Positions 12,215 through 23,157 of a stretch of 38,395 nucleotides of DNA are shown here, piece after piece. The notes below the pieces were generated by a model, which was not told the DNA's origin, made no database searches, and saw only the letters and a program-made list of their open reading frames with translations. Each line of letters starts with the position of its first letter. Position 1 is the first letter of the stretch. Source of the DNA: Perkinsus chesapeaki ATCC PRA-425 (lineage: Eukaryota; Protista; Perkinsozoa); NCBI GenBank assembly GCA_013115145.1, contig JAAPAO010000335.1, positions 1 through 38,395 on the forward strand, read 5' to 3'. The translations under genes and the position numbers were made by a program.

Positions 12215-12655
12215 AAACAATCAAACTATAGCAACGAAGGTCCCATAAGCATCAACACACCGACGGGATACGGAAGGACCTTCCAATAATGACCAAACCG
12301 TCTAAAAAGTATTATTTCGTAACTGACGGAGGAGCCCCGTAGTAGTGTCATTTCCCTACCTGATGCTAGCGAACAAGTAATTGTGGTTGATTAAGAGGGC
12401 TCATATTCGTAACATCTGATGATCATTCGATGGCACTCACTATACAGTATAACCCACAAAAACATATGGAATTATAAAGGTATCAAATTCATTAACATGT
12501 TCCATGCCGACGATAGTTATCAAGATCGAAGTTGAGATTCTACTTTTCTAGGCTAATTAATCCGTCACCGCGCCACAAAATAGTTCATCTTCCAACTATT
12601 AACAATAACGACTTGCATTGATAGAAACGTTGCACAGGAGTAATGGTAAAGTATA

Positions 12656-14279
12656 TCATCGTTCGATCTTCTCGTGTATAAGCTGTCTTGTTAAAGGTAA
12701 TGCCGTTTGCAATGTCCTGTCAGTTGGTAAGCCTACTGCATGCCATCGGATGTATCCAAGACGATCTATCAGTAAAACTGAAAACAATGCAGCAAATCGA
12801 AATGACAAAGGGCCATATATAATAACCCCTACCGCAGAAATACAGTATAATGATAAATTTGATTGTAAGCAGATTTGTAGATAACATTTAATTTTCTCCA
12901 CATAAGCCCTTTACCAAATGGGCATCAGGCGCCCTTCATTCTCCTGGAGATGAAACACAGTACGGAATCGCCAAAACAAACTTCGTTTTCAATACAGAAA
13001 CGCTTTGCGAAATTTTCCCGGGATTATACTTCCTCGTCAAGATGCGTAGGTGAGCAAACGCGTGAGCTCCAAAAAACACTAACTCACCGACGGGCAAGGC
13101 AGGATTGTACAGATGCAATTTAGGCACTAAATCTCTTCGCCATTTACCACGATAAACGTAGGTATTCATCAGTTCATCTCGACCTTCAACCTAAGATACG
13201 CCAAGATACGCTAAATATAGCTCGCCAGAGGCTGTACCTGATCCCGCAAGGTGAGCTTAGTCAAAGGGTGGGTTCGTCGATTTATCCAGCCTTCATGGAA
13301 ATGGACCTGAGTCGACGTCACGCGCCACTAAATTGCGGAGTAAGATATTGGAAGCAACCACATCTTCCACAAGATCTGAGGAATTATTCGTAGAGCAAGG
13401 AATGCCGTCGGCACGCAATCAACCTCCAAAAGTATCTTTTGGCCGTTTCACCTGCAACATTTGAGTATCATCTCTATCACCAACAATAGGCTTCAATGCT
13501 TCCTTCCACGTCCTCACTCCCGAATATAACGACGATAATGGTTGACCTGCTGACAGGAAAGACAGGCATACCGCAAACCGAGTAAGCAGCCGACTAAGAT
13601 GGTGGAGCTAACAACCTCCCCCAGTGTAACCGATTATACAACTTAAAATTGTCAAGTGCCAATACAGTAAACAATGAAGCCAATGAGTAGCACACAAATT
13701 CTGTCCCGCTATACACCACCTTGAACTGTGTCCTTACCCGAGAATATAAGCATGATGGTAACCTTGCCTTGTAACTTATTAAATAATGTACACGGCTTGG
13801 CAGAGAATCTCCAAGTCTGACTTTGAGGTTGATAAATCTGATAGTAAGAAATAAAAATAATAACTGTTGAAAGCTATCTATCGAACAAAAGGAATTGGAA
13901 ATGTCCCTATACATGATGCTCAGAGCCAATGCTCGATTGGGGCGCTTAGGGAAGAAGGAGGCTTATCAAATTCAACGTTTTCTGAATTGATCCATATTTC
14001 GGCACGCGCTCGAAAACCCGAAACCCGAAAACCCGGTAGAGTCCTAAACCTACCGGATCAACGTAGAGGTCCAGTGGCCACCTATACGCTACCGACCGCG
14101 GTATGAGAACATTAGTCCAATTATATGCTGCTGTTTGACCTTTATGATATGGCTCTATTACCAGGTTGCACGAGTATCTTAAAAGATACTTTATAGGTTG
14201 ATTCAGTGTCATTTGCTTATTACTTAGGTGACATATCGATCGATGTGCCATATCCAATTGAGTTCCTCAATGCATCCAT
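12656..14279 (-). CDS. ATP10: ATP10-like mitochondrial F1Fo ATP synthase assembly factor, multi-exon
   Basis: The spliced C-terminus DELMNTYVYRGKWRRDLVPKLHLYNPALPV|VLLIDRLGYIRWHAVGLPTDRTLQTALPLTRQL fits the ATP10 pattern (Y-x-x-L-[VI]-D-x-x-G-x-I-R-W-x-x-x-G-x-[AP]-T). Upstream SDLEILCQ..VTIMLIFSG|QPLSSLYSGVRTWKEAL fits its thioredoxin-like start. The 5' end is uncertain. Confidence 0.7.
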
Positions 14280-14488
14280 TGCTAATCCGAATGGCCCTAC
14301 CTGAATAAATACACATAATACTACATTAACAAAAACGATATGACGTTTTCCCCTCTATTAAAGTTAAAATGGCTCTGCTCTATTCATGATGACTGAGTTA
14401 CTGCTAAAGTGAGATGGAGTAATGTTTCTACTAGATTATAAACTAATAATTACTTTATCTAATTCAAAGGTGCTTCCAATACATACAT

Positions 14489-15779
14489 TTAGTGAGCGTA
14501 GCTGCCGGTACATTCAGTACCCGATTCACCAGCAGAGCGCCATTTATCCAGAGCTGCTTGGTAAGTGACGAAATCAACCATTTGCTAGCATTTACGCAGA
14601 GGTTACGAACAATAATGGTAATGTCAATACAATCCTACTCATCAGCAAAAAGGATATTCAAGCAGCTTCAAGCTCGCTCTCTCCCCGATGTCCATCAGCT
14701 ATTATGTCTTCCGTTTCCTACTACCATAGGTTTCGTTGCATCCCCCTCGGCCAGCACTGCTGCATCTCTACTCCCTCCTTTATACAAGGAATCCATTACT
14801 GCTGGGCCACCCGATATATTAGACCACATCCTTTGCACCTGATCACATAGCAAGATAGAGGGCAGGTGAGTATCTTGGCGACCCGACCCGGGGAATGGAA
14901 GAGAATTGCCGATGACGATCATACGCTGTTATCAAGTTTCTGTTGGCAATCATTCACATTATATTCATCAACGTCTATACCGCCTTATCCTATATTCCTT
15001 GTATAATACATTATTTACTAAACATATCTATCCATATTATTACCATAGGTGCTATTGTGGCGGTTTTGAGGCCAGTCTCAATAGATTCACCAACCTTTAT
15101 GCCTTCCACTCCTACAGGTTGCCCAGCAGATACTACCGAGTCGACAGTGTCATGCCCTTCTAATGGAGCAGCCTTGCTTGATCTACTCACATCAGAGAGA
15201 GTATCTAAGGTCCAACCTCGCATTTTATCATGGTGGAAGATACATATATACTCAAATTTGCTTCCAGTGCAATTTGAGTTGAATGAGGATATCACAAAAC
15301 CATACAGACATCAAATCCCGCCTTTTTCCCCACGAGCTTTCCCAACTCAAGGGAAAGAATTGAACTAAGCAGGATGGGGATGCGATCGAAGACACTAACA
15401 CCATCAAGAATGCCCTCGGCGAATGGTGGGTCTGACGAGGTCGACTAGGATAGAGGGCATACAATATGACTTGATAGCTAAGGATGATTTTAACCATACT
15501 GTATTATATGCTGAACCACGTCATCTTCAACGACCATTGGTAAGCTCTAATAACGTGATTACCATCAGTCTGAACTAGGAAGGTAGGTTTACTCATAACA
15601 CGGCAATATGACTGGTATAGGTAGCTGGATACGATGATTTAGAAGAAATACGGTATAATTATTATAAATACGTCCTCCCTAATAGTACCATATTTCCCTC
15701 TAATAACAGCAGTATTAATGCTTCTAACAAGTCGATTGACTACACTCCCTGCCGGCCGAACACTCCGTGGCGCTAGCAT
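14489..15779 (-). CDS. Hypothetical multi-exon protein with an Arg-rich, acid-poor N-terminus (possible mitochondrial presequence)
   Basis: ATG at 15779 gives MLAPRSVRPAGSVVNRLVRSINTAVIRGKYG. Internal exon-like segments: SDPPFAEGILDGVSVFDRIPILL, GQPVGVEGIKVGESIETG, VQRMWSNISGGPAVMDSLYKGG. Last exon QMVDFVTYQAALDKWRSAG...AH*. No family recognised. Confidence 0.5.
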
Positions 15780-16028
15780 ATAAAACTAGAAGGAAAATAT
15801 TGTTACATAATTGACAAACGGAAACCGTCTAATCCATAGGCATCCGCGTTACGATGAATTTAATGATACATTGTTCATCTTAGTGCAACCCTAAGATACT
15901 TTTCCACAAGATAACACCCTCCATCAACCCAATAATAGTCCGATTTATAATTATATTATTATAATATATACTTACAACATTAATACTTATTATATTATTA
16001 CAATATTTCGATACCTTTGTAATTATTA

Positions 16029-19000
16029 ATGATATTCCCCTATACCCAGCCCACTCTCTTTCAAAGTTCCTACTTGCCGGAGACACGCATCTCAAGGCGT
16101 GCGCGTATTTTCGTGGCGCGCAGGAGTACTTGTTGTGATCAAACAAGTTAGCCTCGTTTTCTTCTCCTTTTCTGTTATTATGGACATTGCTTTAGCAGTA
16201 GCTGCTCGAACTGACTGTGAGCTATTGGATGATATTAATAATATAAAGGTCAATGCTGATGATACTGAGAATACTAGAAGAATAATGGAGGAAAATGCTA
16301 GGCTGGATCGGTAATGTCAAAGGGGGGATTCGAACCTGGGACCTTAGGGTTTTGAAGAACGCGATTCAACAGATAGATTAAGCCGGAGGAGACACCACTA
16401 AATTTGGTTTACAGAGTTAGCTATGTCTGCTCATAGTCCATCGGAAAAGACCAAGTCTGCTGCATATTTTCTATAAACGCAAGTCGACTGTAGAAGTATT
16501 ATAGTCAAAATGAACCATATTTAAGTGGGATATGAAGATAAGACGCCAAGACAATCATTCTCGGGCCACATCCTTCGTCGTTGAAAGTTTATTATGAAAT
16601 GGAATATCCAATGGTGATCACCCGCCTCTCCCTCCATTAAAGCACTGCTAATCGATCGGTGGCTTCGTAATAGACCCACTCTTGCATTGATGAATCTCAC
16701 TGACGTTATAAGAGTAAAATACGTCACATCTGCATCAGGGTGGATAACGACTATCTCATCACTGTACTGTCCGTCTTCGCTTTCGCACTGCCGGGGCCTG
16801 CTCCTTCTGGGGAGTCGTGACCGATGCGTTACGTGGAAATATCTCGATTTCGAGCTTGTAGAAGATTTGCATAATAAAAGAAAACTAGTTCTTTCCTCAC
16901 CATTGCATTCTAATGTTCAAAGATGCTCTCCATTCCGCATATGGTGTGGAAGGCAAGTAGATATACAATAGTATCTAGCAACTCAGTGAAGAGTTCTAAA
17001 AGGGCCCTAAACACTCTTGCGGTCCATCTGTACATCTCCGTAGTCATTGAATCCTCCTATGGCGCAGATCCCTTAGACGCGGGTGTCCATATCTCCACAT
17101 TTCCCCACTTCTGGTGGTCTAGGTATCCCGGGTCCAGACATTATTCAGTCTTAAGTAGATAGGGAGTGACACTGATGATGCTTCACATCGATAAATGATA
17201 TTAAATACTCTTCTAGTGGGAAGGAATTTTAGTTCCATCCGAAAGACCTATAAAATGGAGCATCTCTCTCCGGTTCAGTTACGAGACACTTCAAATTGAA
17301 GCAGTCACTTCAAATAGGAAAAATGCAGCAGTTGAAATGAAATGGGCGGAGCTGGCTAGAGTGGAGGTCCCACAGGTCAGGCACACGGGGAAAACGCCCT
17401 ACCTGGGGTTCGAACCCGCGGCCTGTTTAGGAATTAGCGAAGGAACTGGAAGCACAAACAGTGTCATGTCAATCTATTATTGATTCTAAGGTAAAGTAGC
17501 CGTCACGCGCCACGAAATTAGGAATGACTTCGCCTCAGGACCGTCGTATTAGGGAGTTTTTCATCGAATTGGAAGGCAAAAATGACTCATTTGTGAAGGC
17601 AATGAAGAAGGCTGATGAGGATGTAATAACTAGGAGAATAAAATGCCCTCGGTGGGGTTCGAACCTGGGTCGACAGGTGCGGAAAATGACAGCGTTAATG
17701 ACTACTAACGTGCGAACGCAACGTGATGTTCATGCGAAACAGCTGAAGGCTGTTGAGGAACATTTGGAGAAGGAACGAGCTGAGTTGCTGGGGAAACAAA
17801 AGAAGGAGTTAGATACGTTGTTTGAGAAAAGGAGACAGGTAGTATCTTGGCTTGACGCGTGCAAGATACGATTAAGGTTGATTTGAACTCAGATGGAAGA
17901 GAGCGAATTTATAGAACAACGACAGGAAAGAGAGAAGCAGTTTCAGCAGAAGAATGAGGAGCTCCGATACAGAGTATGTGTAACCGGGGCTCTCTCGACT
18001 GGACTATTCACGTGCTATGCAATGGAGATTATTCCACCACCTTGAATGACAGGAATTATCTTCTCGATCAGCGGGACTTCCTTTTCTCTATTTTGCAATT
18101 GTAAATCGTCATGACTTTTGAGGCTCAACAATTGTAACGTTTGTATGCTTTGGAGCAGCAGCAGCAGCCTGCTTAGTCGAGCATCGTCGTCTCTAACAGT
18201 GGCAGACTATCTGTTGCATGCTGCCTCTTCAGCTGCGCACTAAAATTCATCACTGGCAAACCGACAAGAAAGATTGTTAAAACGGTAGAGGCGTAGGAGG
18301 ATCGTGCCAGAATTGTGCGATCTTTTCATCAACACTCCTTCCCTCGCCGTAAGATGCGTTGAGTCCATGAAATCTTACCATTTCATCTTTTTCCTCCAAC
18401 ATATTTTCTATCACTCTTTCTGTTAAGCAAATATGTATTCTTTAATAGCAATGATGATGTAGGATAGTAGATGTGGTACCGTTTACAGGGTATATGTATC
18501 CTGTATATGGAACATATATACGTCAGGGTGGATGGACCCAACTCTAGTCCACTCGAGCACGATTTCGTCATCGCTTGAATCCCTTCCTCACAAGGGGGAT
18601 GTGATGGAATGAATACGAATTCCTGATAGTACGGGTCTGTGATCAAATGGGTGAATTTAGGACCTGGATGAATTTGGCAAAGTCAAGATGTCGCTGGAAA
18701 GATCAATACAAGAATTACAGCAACATTTAGAGAGGACAAAAGCGACTTATCAGCTTAATAAGGAAAAGTTAGACTACAACTTACAAGTAAGCATATAGCA
18801 ACTTGAAATCTTGCGCGCTCTTACGTTTCCTCAACGCCGCAACTGTCGAAAACTACATCCAGGGTCTCTAGTATCTACTAATAACGCTAGTGGGAGATTT
18901 CTACCGGCAGCTTAGCGAAACTGCTCGCCGTTCGTAGTAGCGTTTCAGAAATGCGTCATTTTGGAGGGAGGCGTCTTCATACATACTCATTGCACTTTTT

Positions 19001-21385
19001 ACTGTGGAGGAATGTGGTCTGGTTATGGTCTTAAATCCGCAATAGCGGTTTCAGAAGTCATTGGGAAATATCACAGGTTCTAGCGGAGCGAAACAAAGAG
19101 CATAGCGTGATTGAATCAAGCTATAAGACAAAGCTGAACAAGTTGAGAGAGTTGAAGCAAAACCTTACACAGCGGTATGGTGCATTTATCGGTCATTTGA
19201 GAGAAGTACGGTATGGCAGGTTTGTCAAACTCGAAACGAATTCCCGAAAGGAGAACACTAATTTGACTGAAGAGTTTAGTAGATTGATGCAACAATACCG
19301 ACATGTGCTGGAAAAAAATAAAAAATTTGAAGAGCAAGATCAGAAAAAATTCAGCGATATTTGGGCCAATAACGAAACCGAAGTTAGAAGTCTCGTTGCG
19401 AAAGTGCTAGACGGAGATAAAGTCATTCATGAGCAAGTAAATCGATCACCTGGGCGCGCGCTTTTTACATCATCGTAGTTACTGGGGCTGACATGGAGCC
19501 CTCCTACATTGGACCAAATACAGCAAGAATTGGAGATAATGAGTGAGGCTGGTACGGTGACAGGGAAGTCATCAACGGCATTGGTGAGCAGTGAAAGTGG
19601 ACATACTACTGGATCAGCTGGAGGAAGATATTCGGTAAGGGATAACGATGTGGTTAGGACTACTGAACTAGGACTAACACTGAAAAGTTGAGCCTAGTCT
19701 AACTCAACTAGGCAGCCCCTCCTGAATTCGGACGGTCTTTAATGGATAAACTGCGCCGTCAACTGCAACTCATCACAATATACTTAGTTATTCGTGCGCG
19801 TATAGGATTTTGAATCATTATTTTACCACCATTGTTTATATTCAACAATACCAGTGATAATTAATAGTAGACTGCTATTACAATGTGTAGACTATTTCAC
19901 AGTCTGAGCTGCCTATATAGACTTTTCATCCATTTAAAACCAATTGTTTCACAAGAATAACAATAATAAGAAGCGGACAGAAACCACATCAATGCGTCTA
20001 ACCGTCGAATATCCCTACTTGTGACGGCCCTTTCATGCCCCTAGTTGAGATTGCCGCCCTTCATAGTCATAGATTGTTGCCATTTTGTAGGGTAGTAAAG
20101 TTAAAGCTGTTATGGACTGGATAAGACAGGAAGCCTCATTCCTGTTGGATATGGGGGTTAGGCAGCAGTGTAGAGGTCTACCAGAGGAGCATAAGGCAGT
20201 TGTGGAGGTGAGAGAGTATATAATGAGTATTCTACAATATTAAACCCGAAACCGTATGATAGGGAAAATTTTGGGAAAATTTTCAGAATTGCTGGTCGAC
20301 TTTCCTCCCTATATGACTGGATGGGGAAGCCGTATACCTCGGCTGGGGAAGGCAGTGGAGAGATCTGCTAAGAATGTTTATGCCATATAATTTGCATTAT
20401 AATAATATCGGGGGAACTTTTATCAGACTTAAGGAGCGAAAGAGGGGATGTATGTGGATGTTAATTATTGCTCTATTCTCTTACCGAACATACCCATTGA
20501 ATCGGCGAATTCGAGAAAGAGACACTGCGACGGTATATGAATACCTGACTACTATTTACCGTATGCTCACTCAATTGATACTACTCGTGCACTTCTAGAT
20601 AATCCCCATAGGCAAGTTGTACGCAATACAGGCTCTTTCCCTTCGTCCATGCGAGCGGCCCATTGGACCCAATGATCTAGTCACAAGCTACATGTATCAG
20701 ATTGACGCCATCCTCCGCTCGATCGGGTGCGAGAATCAGCGAGACGTCGATCTCCTCGTATCGCAATTCTTCCGAGGACAAGATGAAGATGATGAAACTT
20801 GGCTGGTGGAGTCTGACGACGTACTCAAGCTCATCACGGAATTTATAGTGGAAAAGGAAAATCTCAAAATTGCTGACGTCGCTCCGGACAAGTAAGCCAT
20901 GGTGGTCGAGTTTAGCTCTTCTGGGATGTCTCAGGAAAAAGAGGGGTCGAAAGGGCGCCGATAAATTGTCCGATGCGGAAAAAGTAGCACGCAGACGCAA
21001 GGAGGAGCAGAAGTGCGCCGATGCCTGTGGCGGTTGGAAGGTGTGCTCTTTGTAGATTCTGGGAGCGAATCGGGCACGCTTTGCCGGACATGAGCGTTCG
21101 GCTGCATGTAGCCTTGGAGACCTGCCTCAATCGGCAGTACAGGCTGCTGCAGAGGAGGGCTATGACAGTTGAAAACTGCATAAACTTGCAAAAGGAGAAT
21201 ACGGAGGTGGGTTGCGCTGTCGTGGCACTTCTGTGGATGACCGTGCTCCCTTTCAGTTGAAGCAGCTCCTGGATAGTTATCTTGGCAGCAAGGTGAACCA
21301 TGAGCTGCAGGTGCCACCGATACATGTTATACGAGTTGTTAATGCACCTATGACCTCGGCATCAACGAGAGCGGTCGGGAAATGA
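16029..21385 (+). CDS. DRC1: Dynein regulatory complex subunit 1 (DRC1/CCDC164), multi-exon
   Basis: Exons give ETRISRRARI, NIKVNADDTENTRRIMEE, RKNAAVEMKWAEL, IIDSK|DRRIREF, ERAELLGKQKKELDTLFEKRRQ, KATYQLNKEKLDYNLQVLAERN and C-terminal YLGSKVNHELQVPP. All match the NYD-SP28/DRC1 pattern in the right order. The start ATG is inferred. Confidence 0.9.
16315..16390 (-). pseudogene. Decayed tRNA-like sequence at the start of a large DRC1 intron
   Basis: The minus strand reads ...ttcttcaaaaccctaaggtcccaggttcgaatcccccctttgaca: B-box, AGGTC variable loop, CAA at standard positions 34-36, Leu-like TGACA end. Acceptor and anticodon stems do not pair. Confidence 0.5.
17391..17424 (-). pseudogene. tRNA-like 3' half plus TTTT inside 55-nt DRC1 intron 17376-17430
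   Basis: Minus strand: aggcc gcggg ttcgaac cccag gtagggc g tttt. Confidence 0.55.
17502..17520 (+). promoter_or_regulatory. Representative copy of the recurrent motif GTCACGCGCCACGAAATTA
   Basis: Other copies: 5433-5451 (-, 18/19), 13317-13335 (+, 17/19), 22705-22723 (+, 17/19). Weaker ones at 11448-11466, 12564-12582, 16106-16120 (-), 24592-24606. Function unknown. Confidence 0.55.
17639..17673 (-). pseudogene. tRNA-like 3' half plus TTTT inside 54-nt DRC1 intron 17623-17676
   Basis: Minus strand: cgac ccagg ttcgaac cccac cgagggc a tttt. It aligns with the 17391-17424 copy over aaaa-x-gccct-xxx-tggggttcgaacc. Confidence 0.55.
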
Positions 21386-21472
21386 GAATCTTCACAGTGC
21401 GCACATGACGGAGATATCTTGTCGTTATCTGAATTTATGGCTGTTGAGTTGAGTTAGAATAATCTTGTCGAC

Positions 21473-21490
21473 AGCTAGAGGTGTCAGAAA
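21473..21490 (+). promoter_or_regulatory. Recurrent motif AGCTAGAGGTGTCAGAAA abutting the bromodomain gene ATG
   Basis: An exact 18-mer is repeated at 28301-28318. A 16-nt match (cagctagaggtgtcag) lies on the minus strand at 11534-11549. Confidence 0.5.
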
Positions 21491-22682
21491 ATGCCAACGT
21501 CATCATCACCACGTAGTCACCATCACCACAGGCATACCGACGTTCCCTTTAACGCGGAGGAGGCGAAATCGATTCTGACCAAGGCGGGCGAGCATGGCTC
21601 TGCCGGGCCCTTCCTCCAGCCAGTTGATTGGGAGAATGTTCCTGGCTTGCACGACTACCCTCTTGTAGTTAAGAAGCCTATGGATTTAGGTGGGTGCTGG
21701 AATTCACCAAGCCGCCCTATTTGGGGATTCAGGCACAATCGGCGAGAAGATCGACGAAGACGGCGATGATGCCTATGAGGACTTCGCTGCGTTTGAGGAT
21801 GACTTGAATCTCATCTGGGATAACTGTCATCTCTTCAATCAGCCGGGCTCGTATATGTAGCAGTTCAATCTGGCTCCAATCGCAAGGTTAATGCAGTTGT
21901 CAGATATAAGATGGCAACGAAGATGCGAACGTATTGCCAGAGTCTTTGCAGCGCAGCTGTTAACGGTGGTGGACAGCACAAGAGAAAACGAAAAACGTAG
22001 GGAAGTACATATTTTGCCAATCGCAAAGGATCGGATGGACTCAGAGGTCTGTTATCTCAAATCTAATCGTCTCTTAAGGAAATGTTTCGTCCTCGCCACA
22101 AGGACTCATCAGTGGCTAACGGCACCAGACACATCTTAAGTGCACCCCATACGTAGGCTGCTGGAAATCTCGATGCAGACTTGTGTCTTAGGAGTCACTT
22201 GTCTGAAGGAAAGCACTCTAGAAGCCGACGATCCAGTACGGCAGAAAGCTCTAATCGGTCGGAAGTTAAGGTTGAGAAGCCCACCGCTCCGGTGGAAGTG
22301 GTTACATTGCCTCCTATGGACAAGGCTGCAGCAGCCGAACTGTAGGTTAACGATTTCATGGCCAATTCATTGACGGACTCAGGCACGCGGCGAAGATCCG
22401 ACTGGGATGGAGATTGCACAGTTCCATGACGCCCAAAGAGCTTGCGTTAGTTGTGGAGTTCATGCGGTACCGAAAAACAGGTGCGCTTAAACCAGTAGGA
22501 TACATTCCAGGTGAAGTGCTTGCATCGGTTATGCTCTTTCTCAGCTTGGCGCCCCGGATGACGAGACCGGGTCGGAGTCCTTCCTCTTGGACATTGATCA
22601 CCTTGCTGCTCTCGATTATGAATGCTTCACTGACGTGTCACAATTCGTAGATTTGATAATACGATATAAAGAAGGATCGTGA
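21491..22682 (+). CDS. Bromodomain protein with C-terminal ET-like domain (BET/GTE-like), multi-exon
   Basis: GPFLQPVDWENVPGLHDYPLVVKKPMDLG|TIGEKI...FEDDLNLIWDNCHLFNQPGS is a bromodomain with the conserved Asn. KIRLGWRLHSSMTPKELALVVEFMR and ESFLLDIDHL resemble an ET domain. Confidence 0.8.
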
Positions 22683-23157
22683 GCATGCGAGACTTGAGTT
22701 CTACGTCACGCGCCAAGAAAATAAAGATACACCCAAGCTTACGGATTTGAGAAACAGGAAACGAAGCGTATGTAGTTTTCCGAATCTCACGATAATTCGA
22801 TCCAGATGTGGTATTGGGAATGTCACACAAGACACGCACTGCCGTGGCATTTTTGCCAGACGTAGGGCTTTCGACTTTACCCCTTATGAGTAAGGACTGT
22901 GACACCGTTTTTCGAGGGTATATCACAGAGCGTTGCCCGAACCCTTCGGCCGAGCCCTACACACAGCAAGTCCTCCCCAATCTATGGGACACAGTCGATC
23001 AACATCAACAACAATACTCATCGAATGTCGGCGTGTGCACTACTGTATGTAGACTTTGAGCAGGACCCGTACACATGCCACAAGGAAGTCTGTGGAAGTC
23101 TATACTGTGAAACACAAGACAGATCATATCACGGCAAAGTCACTTGGAGCATGAACG

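Noticed and set aside
14011-14056. cgaaaacccgaaacccgaaaacccg plus a 7-bp stem, as telomere-like repeats
   Set aside because: Only about three irregular units, inside a probable ATP10 intron, and they do not match TTTAGGG-type repeats.
16735-18533. Shared 11-mer tcagggtggat (DEIV...IHPD peptides) in two DRC1 introns
   Set aside because: Hundreds of 11-mer pair matches are expected by chance in 38 kb.
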